The position numbers and the translations under genes were made by a program. DNA of 63,498 bases, counting the filler, from Patellaria atrata CBS 101060 (Eukaryota), in assembly GCA_010093705.1 (NCBI GenBank). It is 6 parts of 6 records of this genome, joined end to end, with 100 filler letters (N's around TTAATTAATTAA, not from the genome) between each part and the next. Parts side by side here need not be neighbours in the genome. Positions count along the whole stretch, not along the records: positions 35,429 to 44,107 come from MU006108.1; positions 44,208 to 49,270 come from MU006113.1; positions 49,371 to 62,074 come from MU006114.1; 3 more parts are not named here. One strand, 5' to 3'. Shown here in pieces: positions 38,556 through 51,182 of the stretch; the first letter of the stretch is position 1, and each line of letters starts with the position of its first letter. Below the pieces are notes generated by a model that saw only the letters and a program-made list of their open reading frames with translations, was not told where the DNA came from and ran no database searches.

Positions 38556-39185
38556 TGTTACAACGGGAGTCTATACTTATCAAGACGGAACTGGATAAAT
38601 CTAGAAACGCGCCTGGCTTCTCACTTAACGTGGTCAACCACAAAGGTAGGTTTGGCAAAGTGATAGGATACGTATAATAAAGGCACTTCAAGTTGTCGAT
38701 ACAACTCGCTGACTCCTTGACTTCAAGTAATGCTCACAATGAGACAAGACGTACTATATGGAAACAGTGTAATAAGTGAAGTCAAGTTCAAGACCGTAAC
38801 ATCCAAATCTATGGGTAAGATTGATGGTAAGAATAACTACGAAGAATCTAAATATATGAGGGAAAGACCGTCCTTAAATATTCCTATCCTCTATAGTCAA
38901 TTTGGTGTGCCTACACCTTGGTCGTTCTGGTCGTTTGGTCGTCTGGTCGTTTCTCTCACGACTAAAACGTCCAAACGTCCAAACGTCCAAGTCACGTGTT
39001 CCTGTCCCGGTCGTCCTGGTCGTCCGGTCGTCTGGTCGTTCCTCCTACGACCGAAACGTCCAAACGTCCAAACGTCCAAGTCACGTGACCCGTCGTCTAT
39101 AGGTTCTATCCGTAGTTTCCCCGAGTGGTGCCCCTTCTTCCCCTCACTCGTGATCTCCATGCTTCTATAACTTGTGGCCGTAACA
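38556..39185 (-). mobile_element. 5' LTR of Gypsy family A (630 bp)
   Basis: TGTTAC...GTAACA termini; directly upstream of the gag ATG; homologous to 44820-45423, 55218-55790 and 56297-56822. Confidence 0.95.
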
Positions 39186-40347
39186 TCTTTCTATTTAAGT
39201 TCTTAAAATTTCCTTTTAACTATTTATTATTCGTTAATTTTTTTAAAGATATTTTTAAATATTTCTTTAAATTTTAGAAATAATTTAAAGATTTTAATTA
39301 TTTTATTTTTTTAATATTCTTCGTTATTCTTAAAATAATTTTATATAATAGATTTAAATTATTTTAAAGCGTTTTCTTTAAAATATATTAATATATTAAG
39401 TATATATTTATTATTATCTATTAACTTTATTCTTTTATAATAAATCTTTATTTAAATTAAAAATTCTTTTAATTTATCTTATTTACTATTATATAATATA
39501 GATTCTTTAATTTTTACGGTTTACTTTTATAATAAAAGTAATTATATAATAAATTATTTAAATTAATTCTTAAATTTTTAGATTATTCTTTTATTTTTAA
39601 GTTTATTAATATATTTATATAATATTTAAATATATTTTTTATCTATTTTTATATTAATTATAATTAATAATATCGTATTTAAGTCTATTATATATTTTTC
39701 TATTACGTAATAATTATAATATTATAATAAAAGTTTATATTTATTAAAATAAAGCTAGATAAATCTAAAAACACGCCTAATTTCTCACTTAATATAGTTA
39801 ATTATAAAGATATATTTAATAAAGTGATAAAATATATATAATAAAAATACTTTAAATTATTAATATAATTTATTAACTTTTTAACTTTAAATAATACTTA
39901 TAATAAAATAAGACGTATTATATAGAAATAATATAATAAGTAAAATTAAATTTAAAACTATAATATTTAAATTTATAAATAAGATTAATAGTAAAAATAA
40001 TTATAAAAAATCTAAATATATAAAAGAAAGATTATTCTTAAATATTTTTATTTTTTATAATTAATTTAGTTACTTATATTTTAATTATTTTAATTATTTA
40101 GTTATTTAATTATTTCTTTTATAATTAAGATATTTATATATCTAAATATTTAAATTATATAATACTTTTTAATTATTTTAATTATTTAATTATTTAGTTA
40201 TTTCTTTTATAATTAAAATATTTATATATTTAAATATCTAAGTTTTATAACTTATTATTATTTATTTTATTTATAGTTCTTTTAAATAATCTTCCTTTTT
40301 TTTTTTTATTTATAATCTATATATTCCTATAACTTATAACTATAATA
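39186..40347 (-). mobile_element. older, heavily RIP-mutated family A copy (gag 5' part 39186-39719 + LTR 39720-40347)
   Basis: Aligns by eye to ~38022-39185 with nearly all differences C>T/G>A (e.g. GATAAATCTAGAAACGCGCCTGGCTTCTCACTTAA vs GATAAATCTAAAAACACGCCTAATTTCTCACTTAA). Confidence 0.9.
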
Positions 40348-42530
40348 GAAACTTAATATTTAAAAGTATTAAAATTAAAGATTATAAGTTTATCTAATAT
40401 TTAAAAGTATTAAAATTAATAATAATAAAAGAAATTTAGTATTTAAAAATATTAAAATTAAAGACTATAAATTTATTTAATATTTAAAAGTATTAAAATT
40501 AATAATAAATAAATTATTATAAAATAATTAAATTATTAGAAATAATAATATAGAAAAATATTATAAAAGATATTAAATCTATAAATTATCTTATTATAAA
40601 ATATAATATTAGATTAAAAGAAAGAAATATTAAATATAATTAATATTTTTTAAAAATCGCGTTAATTAATATATTAATTATAAAGAAAATATTTAAGAAA
40701 AATCTTTAAAATATACTATAATAATATAAGAATAAATATAAATAATAAAAGTTAAAATATAAAATTATTTTAAATTAAGAATATATTAATAGTATTAAAA
40801 ATATTAAATAAGTATTATAAGATAATTTAAATAATTTTATAAAAAAATATTTATAAAATTTATTATAATTAATAACTTATAAAGAGTAAATAAAGATATT
40901 AATTAAAATAATTAGATAATATTATAAAAAGATAATATAAAAGATAACTATATATAAAATTAATAAGATAATTATAAAAAATCTTTAAAATAAAAATTAG
41001 GCTTTATATAATTAATTAATATAAATATAAATTAACTAGAATTAAACTAACTATATTATAATAGAAGATATAATAGAAAATATAAGAATTTTAAAAAATA
41101 AAAATAATAAATTAAATAAGTTTTTTAATTTATTTATATTAATTAATAATAAAAATCTAATTTATTAAATATAAAAGAGTTAATTAATAGATAAATTTAA
41201 ATATAATATTAACTAATATTTAATAGATAAAGATTAAATAATATATATTAAAATAAAAATAGATAAATAGTTAATTAATTAAATATATTTATATTTAAAG
41301 TTAAAAATAGAAAATAATAAGATTATTATATTTAAAAATCTATTTAAATTTATTTACTAGATTTATAAAAACTTTAATAAATATTTTAAGATTAAAAATA
41401 AATTAAGAAAATTAAACTAAAATTATTTAATAAATTTTATAAAATTTTAATTAAACTTTATTTATTTAGTTATAAAAGTTAAATTATCTAGAAATTAATA
41501 AAAAGAAAAGATTTATAAAAAGCTATATAATTCTTTATAATAGATTATAATATTAGATATAATAAATAATAATATTAATTTTAAAGAGTTCTATTAATAA
41601 ATAATATTTTAAATATAAAATTTAAAGAAATAAAATTAAAAGTTAAAAAAGCGATAAAAAAAGTAATAAAAATATAAAATTATTAAAGTAATTTTAAATA
41701 TTATAATAATAAATAAAATTATAATCTAGCGATTAAATAAAGTTTTAAATATAGCTATTTCTTTATAATAATTAATAGATTAAAGTATTATAATAATTTA
41801 AAAGTTTATAGAAAATTACTTTAATTATAATAAATTAGAGTATTAATTAGTTAATTACTAAATATAAAAAAAGATAATTAAGATTAAATCGACTTAAATA
41901 AAGTAAAACGAGTTAAACTAAAAATTAGAATCGAAAAATAAAAAATTCTAAATAAAGACTTTATTTTAAAGTTATTAATAAAAATATTAAAAGTATTAGT
42001 AAATAATTTAATTATAAAGAAACTTTTTATTATATTATATCGAGTATTAAGAAATAAAATTATAATATAATTTAAAGTCTTAATTAATATAAAAATTTAA
42101 AAGTATACTTTTTTAAATAAGAAATAATTATTTATATTAAAATAATAATTAAATATTAAATTAAAGAAGATATTATATATTAATATAAAAAGTTTTAATA
42201 ATTTAATAATAAAATTAATTAATAAAATAATTAAAGCTAATTTTATATTTATTAATAAATAATAGAAAATCTCTATTTTAATAATTAATATAGATTATAT
42301 TAATATATTAATTGGAAGAGAGTAATTTTTAAAAATAGATAATTTATTAAATTATAAATATAATATAATCTTTTAGCTATTATAGATTATAGCGATTAAA
42401 GACTAGTAATAAGATATTATAATATTAAAAAGAGAATTATAGATTATAATAAATTTAGTTTATTAAATTAATATAAAATAAAGAGATAAAATATTATTAA
42501 ATTAAAGAAATTAGTAATAATAAATAATTA
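40348..42530 (+). mobile_element. RIP-eroded Gypsy family B leader and gag/protease relic
   Basis: Begins with the RIP'd 83-bp leader repeat (GAAACTTAATATTTAAAAGTATTAAAATTAAAG at 40348, repeated at 40431) matching GAAACCCGGTGCTTGAGAGTATCAAGACCGAAG at ~61980-62074. Extremely AT-rich; similar to 62175-63498. Right boundary approximate. Confidence 0.7.
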
Positions 42531-43762
42531 AATATATTTTCTACTACTTTATATTAACTATTAGTATTATTTCTTTAATATAACTATTTAATAAGTATTA
42601 ACGTTATTACTTATATATTCTTATATATTTAAACGTTTATTAAAATAGTTATTAAATAATTAAATAATATCTCTTTATTAATTTATATATTATAAATCTA
42701 ATAATTATAAGTCTAGTTTACTTTAAATTTTAAAATTAGTTTATATTAAATATTTATCTATCTTTTAAATCTTTAGTATATTAAATTTATTTTCTTTTAA
42801 TTTTAATTTTATTTAAATATTTTTTCTTTTTATCTAGTTTTCTAATATTAACCGCTATTATAATATTATCTTTAAATATTATTAAATCTATTATTATTCT
42901 TAACTTTTTAATAAATTAGAACTTATAAATTAATCTTATAAAGAATAAAGTAAATATAGTCTAAAAGTATTATAATCTAAATAATACTTTACTCTCTATT
43001 TTAAGTGTATTAAATTAATTAATAAATAAGAACCTTATTATTATCGAAAATTATAGAATTTTATATAAAGAATTTAAAAAGACTTAAATTAAGTTAAATA
43101 ATATATCTAACTTTATATTTAAATTTATATTAATTTAATATTTTATTTTTATTATTAAATTAAATACCTTTTATAAAAGGTTTATTAAATTAAAGAAAAA
43201 ACTTTAACTAAATAATTAAACTATTTATTTAAATTTTTAGGCCTAAATCTACTATTTAAAATTAATTATTAAAAAGAATTTAATTTTTAATTAATTTTAA
43301 TATTTTAAAACTATCTATATTAAATATAAAACGTTTAATTATTCTTTTTATTAAGGTTATATACTCGAGTTTAAACTACTTAAAAACTTTAAAAAGATAG
43401 ATTTATAATAGATAATTTTCTATTAAAAAGATCTTAATAAATAAATTAGATTTATATTAAAATTAACCTTTTAATCTATTATTTAGGAAGTTATATTAAC
43501 TAAAGATACTATAAAATATATTAATAATATCTATAATTTTATCTTAAAATTTATTAGTTATTATTAATTTATTTAAACTATTAAAAGTAATTTTAGATTA
43601 AACTTATTAAGTATAACTTTTACTATCTTTTAAGAAGAATTAAATAATTAAATAGTTAATATTAATAAAAAGGAAAAATCTAAAAAATCTTATATTAATA
43701 ATAAACGAAATTTATTTATATATTTTTATAAAGAAAAATATCTATTTTATATATATTTTTAT
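42531..43762. repeat. RIP-degraded AT-rich transposon relic, family not identifiable
   Basis: Strongly C/G-depleted and TpA-rich, with no ORFs; contiguous with other relics. Confidence 0.6.
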
Positions 43763-44107
43763 TATAATAATATAGTATAGCTATAGTAATCGTATTTTGA
43801 CTATCTCTATTACTAACTACTAAGTGTGGAGATTAAGTTAAGGAATAATAATATCGTGGGCCGAATGTCCGCATATAACAGTCCCGCCTTACCAAGCCTC
43901 GGCCCGACTATCTTCCGTTTAACCAATCAGCGCTTAGAGATCTTTTCCGCGTCCGACCCGGCAAAGATCTCTTACAAATAAACCAAACACTCAGCATAGG
44001 AAATACGGGATTAGCATCGTGACACGTCGTCACATTACCCCCCCCCCAATAGTAGAAATCGGCCCCGATTTCCGTGGTGACGTTAGTAGCGTTCTATAAC
44101 GCGATCT
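43763..44107 (-). mobile_element. 3' LTR (43763-44034) of a family-B-related Gypsy element with polypurine tract
   Basis: On the - strand a G10 PPT (44038-44047) + TAA precedes TGTGACGACGTGTCACG. Shares the AACTTAATCT box and terminus with LTR B; far end RIP'd. Confidence 0.8.
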
Positions 44108-44207
44108 NNNNNNNNNNNNNNNNNNNNNNNNNNNNNNNNNNNNNNNNNNNNTTAATTAATTAANNNNNNNNNNNNNNNNNNNNNNNNNNNNNNNNNNNNN
44201 NNNNNNN

Positions 44208-44534
44208 CTCGTTGTCGTCGGTCCTGATACTCTCAGGTGCCGGATAAACTCGTGGTCTTCGGTCTTGATACTCTCAAGCACCGGGTTGGAATATTATGTC
44301 GCCTTTCCAAGGCCGTGGTGGTAGAACTTAATCTAATGTGACGGCGTAGCGGTTGTAGAGAATCGAATTGGATTGCAACTAGTATAACCTAACTACAGTG
44401 TAAAGAGATTAAGTTAAGGAAAGAAGAAGTTATAGTCGCGCGATCTACTAGTATCAAGCACGTAGCGGTAGAACCTCGGCGCGACTACTACTAATAAGGG
44501 AAAGTAGGAAATGATAATCTGTGACATCGTCACA
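44208..44534 (-). mobile_element. Gypsy family B 5' LTR (44337-44534, 198 bp) + PBS + leader
   Basis: TGTGAC...GTCACA termini; appears to be the exact reverse complement of 61733-~62059. Confidence 0.9.
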
Positions 44535-44819
44535 ATCCGAGCTCGTCATTAGTCTATACTGACGGTGAAGTAGCAAAAAAACACTCGTACTCTTCCGGTC
44601 GATAGGCATTTAGCTATATATCTTGTATCGCTCCTAATACTAAGGGGTAGATCATCCTATGAGGGATAGCTGTTCCATCTACATATATAGTAGCTAGGAC
44701 TGTAATCCACTCCCGATTTCCGTCCTATGCGATTCCCTTAACCCTTCCACCTTTAAAGGTAGCTTTACTGTAAATCCTACGTGACTTTTTCAGTATACCT
44801 ATAAAGAAGTCCTTTTCAT
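44535..44819 (-). mobile_element. Fot1/pogo transposase DDE fragment (RIP'd), sandwiched between LTRs
   Basis: - strand reads EKDFFIG...DGNREWITVLATIYVDGTAIP...ECFFATSPSV*TNDELG. Confidence 0.8.
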
Positions 44820-45423
44820 TGTTACGGCCACAGGTAACGAAGAGCATATAGTTGACGAATGGGAAAGGACCACGCGGCACCACTACGGGAAAATCGGTGA
44901 CATGGAGATCACGTGACGTGGACGTAGAGGACGCAGAGGGAGATCTACGCCCAACACGTCCGGAAGCGTAGTGTGGACGCAGTGGACGTAAGAAGGGTTT
45001 TACATCTAACACGTCCAAAAAGTGACTTGGACGCAGTGGACGCAAAAGGGGTTTTACGTCCAACGCGTCCAACGGTCAAAATAGGACTCGGGAAAGGAAT
45101 ACTTAAGGACGCTCCTTTACGCATATATTTAGATTCCTCGTAGTTATTCTTACCATCAATCTTACCCATAGATTTGGATGTTACGGTTTTGAACTTGACT
45201 TCACTGGTTACGCTGTTTCCATATAGTACGTCTTGTCTCATATTGAGTTTGACCTGAAGTCAAGGAGTCAGCAAGTTGTATCGTCAACTTGAGGTGCCTT
45301 TATTATACGAATCCTATCACTTGCGGAAACTACCCTAGTGGTTGACCACGTTAAGTGAGAAGCCAGGCGCGTTTCTAGACTTATCCTGTTCTGTCTCGAT
45401 AAGTATAGACTCCCGTTGTAACA
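44820..45423 (+). mobile_element. solo LTR, Gypsy family A (604 bp)
   Basis: TGTTACGGCCACAG...CCCGTTGTAACA; R-U5 part nearly identical to 38556-38880; flanks TTCAT/TCTAC do not match. Confidence 0.92.
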
Positions 45424-46527
45424 TCTACTTAAGTTATATCTATCCAAGGTAAAGCTCCTCGTAAGCACTGGGAAAGACTTCGGGACGCGCGTAACTTCTC
45501 AAACAATAAGTTAATGCTAGTATATTATTAAGGCGGTTTGTCATGTAAAATCATCAAGTTGAAGAGAAAAGAAAGGAGATATCAGACCTGACTAAGCACT
45601 CCACTCGGGTAAGTTATATATACTTGTCTCCATTCAGTTCCTCCTTACGGACAATATATCTACTCTTCACCTCACTTTACACACTCATATTACCTAATAG
45701 GAGATAAATTGAAAGATTATATATAAGTTTAAAGTTAGTTGTGTGCATACTGTGTTTCGTTGGTTTTCGCTTAGTTTACAACTTAGACAAGCCTTGTTAT
45801 GGCAGGAACGAGATAATGTGAACGATGCGTACCTCGCTCTCAGAATGTCTGAATCTCTTGATGAATACACTCGAACGTGGAACTCCACTACAATGCTACT
45901 ACTCTGCTATACTCTGAGATTGAAGTACTTTACGGTTATAAAGTGTCTTTAGCTCCCGCCCCAATCGTAGGCTGGTGCTTTCGCTTTCGTTCATAAATGC
46001 ACGAGCTGAGGGGTACTGTAAGGTTAACGTTAGCAGTAAATTGGGAAACCAGCTTGACCGACCCAAAATACCCTGAAAATTTGGCACTAGCAACCAAAAT
46101 CTGATAACTACAAATCATACCGGCAAATATCATTAATCCAGTGTTTAAACTTTTGCACAAATTTGCAGAGATCCGAAAGGAAAAATAGTTAAGCATATTG
46201 AACATTCTTGTGTAAAGTTTTGCGAATACTCACCGCTGCACCACCAGGACAACAGCCTAACTATTACTATTGGCTAGTATCGCCAGTGGGCATCAAGCCT
46301 CAGCCTTCCCATCTACCAGGGTCTTAAATAGGAGCTGAGCCCATGGACTATCAGTCCTTTAGACCGCGCTGGATTAATCTATTCTCACTATTTTATCCCG
46401 CTATATCACCTAGGCACTATCCAAAATAGTTAAACCGGTTACGCTCCTTTACCTTCGTTCTAAGAACCCCTTAAAGTGTTGCAGTTTTACTGCACATTTG
46501 TTGATGTTATCTTGATATATTGCCGCC

Positions 46528-49270
46528 ATGGCCCAGCATGCTTCACCAGGTGTCGATAAACCGGTCATCTTATTAGCCCTAGGTCTGTGAGAGCATGACT
46601 TTTAACAAAAGTCTCAACTAACACTACATAGATGGTGGAGGCATTCGCGGACTATCAGAGTTGCTAATTCTAGACGAGATCATGCGTCGCGTTAAATATG
46701 ATCTAAACCTTACTGAGATGCCGCGACCCTGCGAGTACTTTGACCTTATCGGAGGAACTAGTACCGGAGGGTAAGTATACCGCGTTAGTTGTATACCGGG
46801 AATTAAATATACTATATACTTACAAACCTCTTATCAGTCTCATTGCACTTATGCTCGGCCGATTACGAATGTCGACAGACGAAGCTCTTCGCGCTTACAA
46901 TTCCCTAGCGTGCACGATATTTTCAAAGAATAATAGAAAACGTAAAGGCCAAGACGGCATGTTTAAAGCTTCTACACTGGAGAATAAGGTGAAAGAGGTG
47001 GTTTCAAAGAAGGATCTAGGAGACCGCATGCTGGATCCATCCACACAGTCGAGTAAGGGAAAAGCATTTGTCTGTGCAGTACCCGCCAATAATATGGAGC
47101 ATCCGCGACGATTCAGGACTTATCCCGTCAGAACGCTTGCAAGCGTAAACTGTAAAATTTGGGAGGCAGCTCGCGCTACTACTGCGGCACCTACTTTTTT
47201 TAAGCGAATTGCCATCGGTGAGGAAGACCAAGCCCTGGAGGAATTCGTCGATGGTGGACTCAAATGTAACAATCCAGCAAACCAGGTATTAGACGAGGCA
47301 AGGGATGTTTATGGTAATGATAGGCTTGTACGCTGTCTTATAAGTATTGGAACCGGCCATCCAGGCACAATCGGATTATCAAAACCAGACACTTTCCAGA
47401 AATTTCTACCTACTAAATTAATTGATGTGCTCAAGAAGATTGCTACCGACTGCGAGAAGACAGCAAATGATATAAGCGTAAGATTTAGGGATGTTGAAAA
47501 CTTCTACTTCCGCTTTAACGTAGTTCATGGCGCCGAAGGTATTTCCTTAGAGGAATGGGAAAAATTAGGGATATTAACGGAGCACACAAAAGCATACATG
47601 TCAAGGGTCTCAGTTTCAAAGGATATAGACAAGATTGTGCATATATTATGTCACCCAGAGAACACTGGGATAACCCTAAGAACTATTTGTTAGTCTCTAT
47701 AATTCTATCTATATATTTTCTAATCTGCTAACCATTTTAAAGGTGGAGTCCCGCATATTCTAAAGTTACCTCAACCGGTGCGGGTGCGACCACAACCGAT
47801 ACCGAGTCCAATATTCACTGGACGCGAAGATGTAATAGAAACTCTAGAAAAATTCTTCTCACCTAGACCTTATGGGCCGACACCAAGAAGAGAATACCTC
47901 TTACATGGACTAGGAGGAGCTGGAAAAACGCAAGTTGCATTACAATTTGCTAAGAAATATCAGAACAGGTAAGTTGCTATTAATAATAGCTAGAAGTATC
48001 TAATAGTAAGTAGATTTAGCCGAATTTATTGGATCGACGCAAGTAATAGACCTACAATTGAACAGAGTTATAAGGCTATTGCAGCCGATAATAACATAGA
48101 TAGCTCTAGTAAAGATAGTAAAGAGGCTCAGGTAGATAGAGATACCACTACAGCATTAGTCCTCCGATGGTTCGCAAATCTAAATCAGGAGTGGTTACTT
48201 TTGTTCGACAACTGCGAGAGTATCAAAAACCTACATGATTTCGTCCCTCACGGTCCTTATGGGAATATATTATTCACTAGTAGAGATCCTACTCTAGGCT
48301 TAACACTTCCCCCAAACACTATTTATGAGATTTCTGAAATGGAAAACGAGGATGCTATTACACTACTTTTAAGAGCTTCTCGGCTTAATGATAAAGAAAT
48401 GGACGAGGGACTACGCCAACGAGCTAGGCCTGTTGCGAAAATACTGGGCTTCCTCCCATTAGCTATTGACATTGCTGGAGCATCTATCCACATGGGCCGA
48501 TACGATCTTGACGATTATATTAACACATTTCGTGATCATCGGGAAATAATGATGAAGGATAGTACATTTACCGGAGCATCAAGGTATAATCAAGCCGTAT
48601 ATACAGCATGGGATATTTCATATGATACATTAAAGAGTTTTGCCAAAGGAAGTAAAGATAGCACTAAATGTCAAGATGCAAAAGCTGCACTACAGATCCT
48701 TAACCTATGCGCATTTTGGCATAATGAAGGTATCATGGAAGAGATATTCAGGCGAGCAGCGGAGAATCAACACCTCACCAACGATCCAAAAGCCCAATAC
48801 AGCTTTGACTACGCTACCAAAGTACCAGATCTACTTAAAGTTAATGTAGAAAAAAATTGGGACCCATTTCTTTTTAGGAAGGGAGTTTCAACGTTACTTT
48901 CATTTTCATTAATGAAACAGGACCGGAGTAAGCGGTATTTCTCCATGCACGTTTTAGTTCATTCCTGGGCTCGTGACCATATACCCAGTACTGCAAAACC
49001 ACATCAACTATACATTGCAACAGCATTGTTATCATCATCCATCAGCTGGAGATACCTCACTGAAGATTATACGTTTCGACGACAATTGCTCCCACATATA
49101 AAGGAGTGTAAAAAGCATGGCGAGGCAGCGGAGATCATCAAGTTAGATAACTTAGAGGACGCTAGCAAGTTTTCATTAGTGTTCTACGAAGGTGGGCATT
49201 GGCAGGAAGCAGAAGAGCTGGAGGTGCAAGTGATGGAGACGAGAAAGAGGGTGCTTGGGGAGGAGCATCC
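46528..49270 (+). CDS. fungal NLR: patatin-like phospholipase - NB-ARC - TPR (3' end lost in gap)
   Basis: Exons 46528-46582, 46632-46770, 46838-47688, 47743-47968 and 48014-gap splice in frame. Patatin DGGGIRG, GTSTGG, DGG; NB-ARC FTGRE, GLGGAGKT, WLLLFDN, ILFTSRD, GFLPLAI, SMHVLVH; first TPR GHWQEAEELEVQVMETRKRVLGEEH. Confidence 0.93.
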
Positions 49271-49370
49271 NNNNNNNNNNNNNNNNNNNNNNNNNNNNNN
49301 NNNNNNNNNNNNNNTTAATTAATTAANNNNNNNNNNNNNNNNNNNNNNNNNNNNNNNNNNNNNNNNNNNN

Positions 49371-50197
49371 GAACTCTAAGAAGCTCACCCAGCTAGAGGA
49401 GGAGGTAGTAGTCAAGCATATACTACAGTTGGATACGCGTGGATTTTCGCCTACATACAATGCTGTACGAGATATGGCTAATCTACTACTCGCTCGGCGT
49501 GGTGGCTCTCCTATTGGCATCCCTGGCCACGCAACTTTGTGAAGCGGACAGACAGTCTTAAGACGCGTTTCAACCGGCCTTATGATATGCAGAGAGCCTT
49601 ATGTGAGGTTCCAGGGCTTATCAGCAGCTGGTTTGAGCTTGTACAGCACACAAAAGCTACGTACGGTATCTGCGATGAGGATATCTACAACTTTGACGAA
49701 GCTGGCTTCTTGATGGGCAAGATCATGACTCAGCTTGTTGTGACTGGGTCAGAGAGGCGAGGCCGGCCAAAGGCTATTCAGCCAGGCAATCGCGAGTGGG
49801 TGACAGTGATCCAAGGAATCAACGCTGCTGGATGGGCTATCCCACCATTTATCATCTTTGCTAGTCAGCACCACCTGTCTGCCTGGTACGACGAGGAGGA
49901 TATACCACAAGACTGGGCTATCGCAGTCAGCGACAATGGCTGAACTACCAACGAACTTGGAGTTGCCTGGCTAAAGCACTTCATTAAGCATACAGAGACC
50001 CAGGTGGTAGGCGCACGTCGGCTGCTTATCCTTGATGGCCATGAGAGCCACCACTCACTTGAGTTTCAAGCCCTCTGCAAGGAGAACAATATCTATACGC
50101 TCTGCATGCCACCTCATTCATCCCACCTGCTGCAACCACTTGATGTTGGCTGCTTCTCGCCATTGAAGCGCGCATATAGCCGTCAGGTTGAAGCCTT
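49371..50197 (+). mobile_element. Fot1/pogo transposase fragment, near-identical to 53330-54155
   Basis: YNFDEAGF, QPGNREW, LILDGHESH, HLLQPLDVGCF; same frameshift and TGA as the 53-kb copy; bounded by gaps. Confidence 0.9.
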
Positions 50198-51182
50198 NNN
50201 NNNNNNNNNNNNNNNNNNNNNNNNNNNNNNNNNNNNNNNNNNNNNNNNNNNNNNNNNNNNNNNNNNNNNNNNNNNNNNNNNNNNNNNNNNNNNNNNNGGT
50301 CGAGTTTGATAGTCAGGATGAGGAAGAGTGTGAGGATCTTTTTGCGGGGGTGTGGAGTCCGAGTTTGGCGAAGAGACGGAGGAGGCAGAAGGGTTTTGGG
50401 TGGAGGGGACGAGGGGAGGAGGAGTGATGTTTGGTTTCTGGACGGTGGGAGGTTCGTGGGAGGTTCGTGGGTGGTAATGTTAATGGTGTTATGTGTTGGG
50501 CGTAAGGTGGTGTACGGGTTTCTGTGGTTTCTGCGGTTTATGAGATCTTTGGAGTTCTGTCGCATTATGGGAAGAGATGGATGGGGGGTATGGGTTACGA
50601 GATTTCTGAGATACCCTGGGATTTTTGCGCATGGCTTTTTCCTTCTCCGTTTGTTGAGATGAAGGTGTATGATCTGTATTTCTTTGATCATGCAGTTTAA
50701 TGATGGTTTACTTGCCGTCCTATATCTGCGATGCGTCTGCTGTTCGGTTGTTATACAGGCACTATTCCCACTAATAAAAACCGTACACCATTTGGTCGTA
50801 GTACCATAAGGTAATAGTACTCTCCCAAAAGGTCAAATAACTAAACTAAGATACGTAAGAAGTTTGACAGAGGTGATATGAGATAATATCTATTCTGCAA
50901 TGCACAGCGTAGAGGTCGGAGTTGGAGCTCGTAAGGCGCTGTACATTTACTGCAGAGATACCGGCGTACTTCAAAGTTGGGATGATCTACGACGTTCGGA
51001 AGGCTGTACGGGCTGTGACTCTACGAAGCGATGGGTGATGATATGGAGAACATATATATGTTCGTAGATATCACCATTATACAATGCTTGCGATGTTCAA
51101 GGTTCAACAAAGCAGAGGCCCAATTGGTAAAATAACATGTCGACATCCGCTTCGTGCGTCGTTGGAAAGGCGAGTAAGCGCC

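Noticed and set aside
38730..39170. ORFs within family A LTRs (also 44725-45241, 55574-55810, 56612-56884)
   Set aside because: Repetitive translations of U3 micro-repeats, not conserved in frame between copies.
39186..43762. Extreme AT-rich block as mitochondrial insertion or centromere
   Set aside because: Large parts align to neighbouring retroelements through C>T/G>A changes, so RIP explains them. No mitochondrial gene signatures seen; centromere status cannot be judged from sequence.
50298..50700. G-rich segment and 221-aa - strand ORF
   Set aside because: The ORF runs through Ns, the composition is low-complexity, and no frame gives a recognisable protein.
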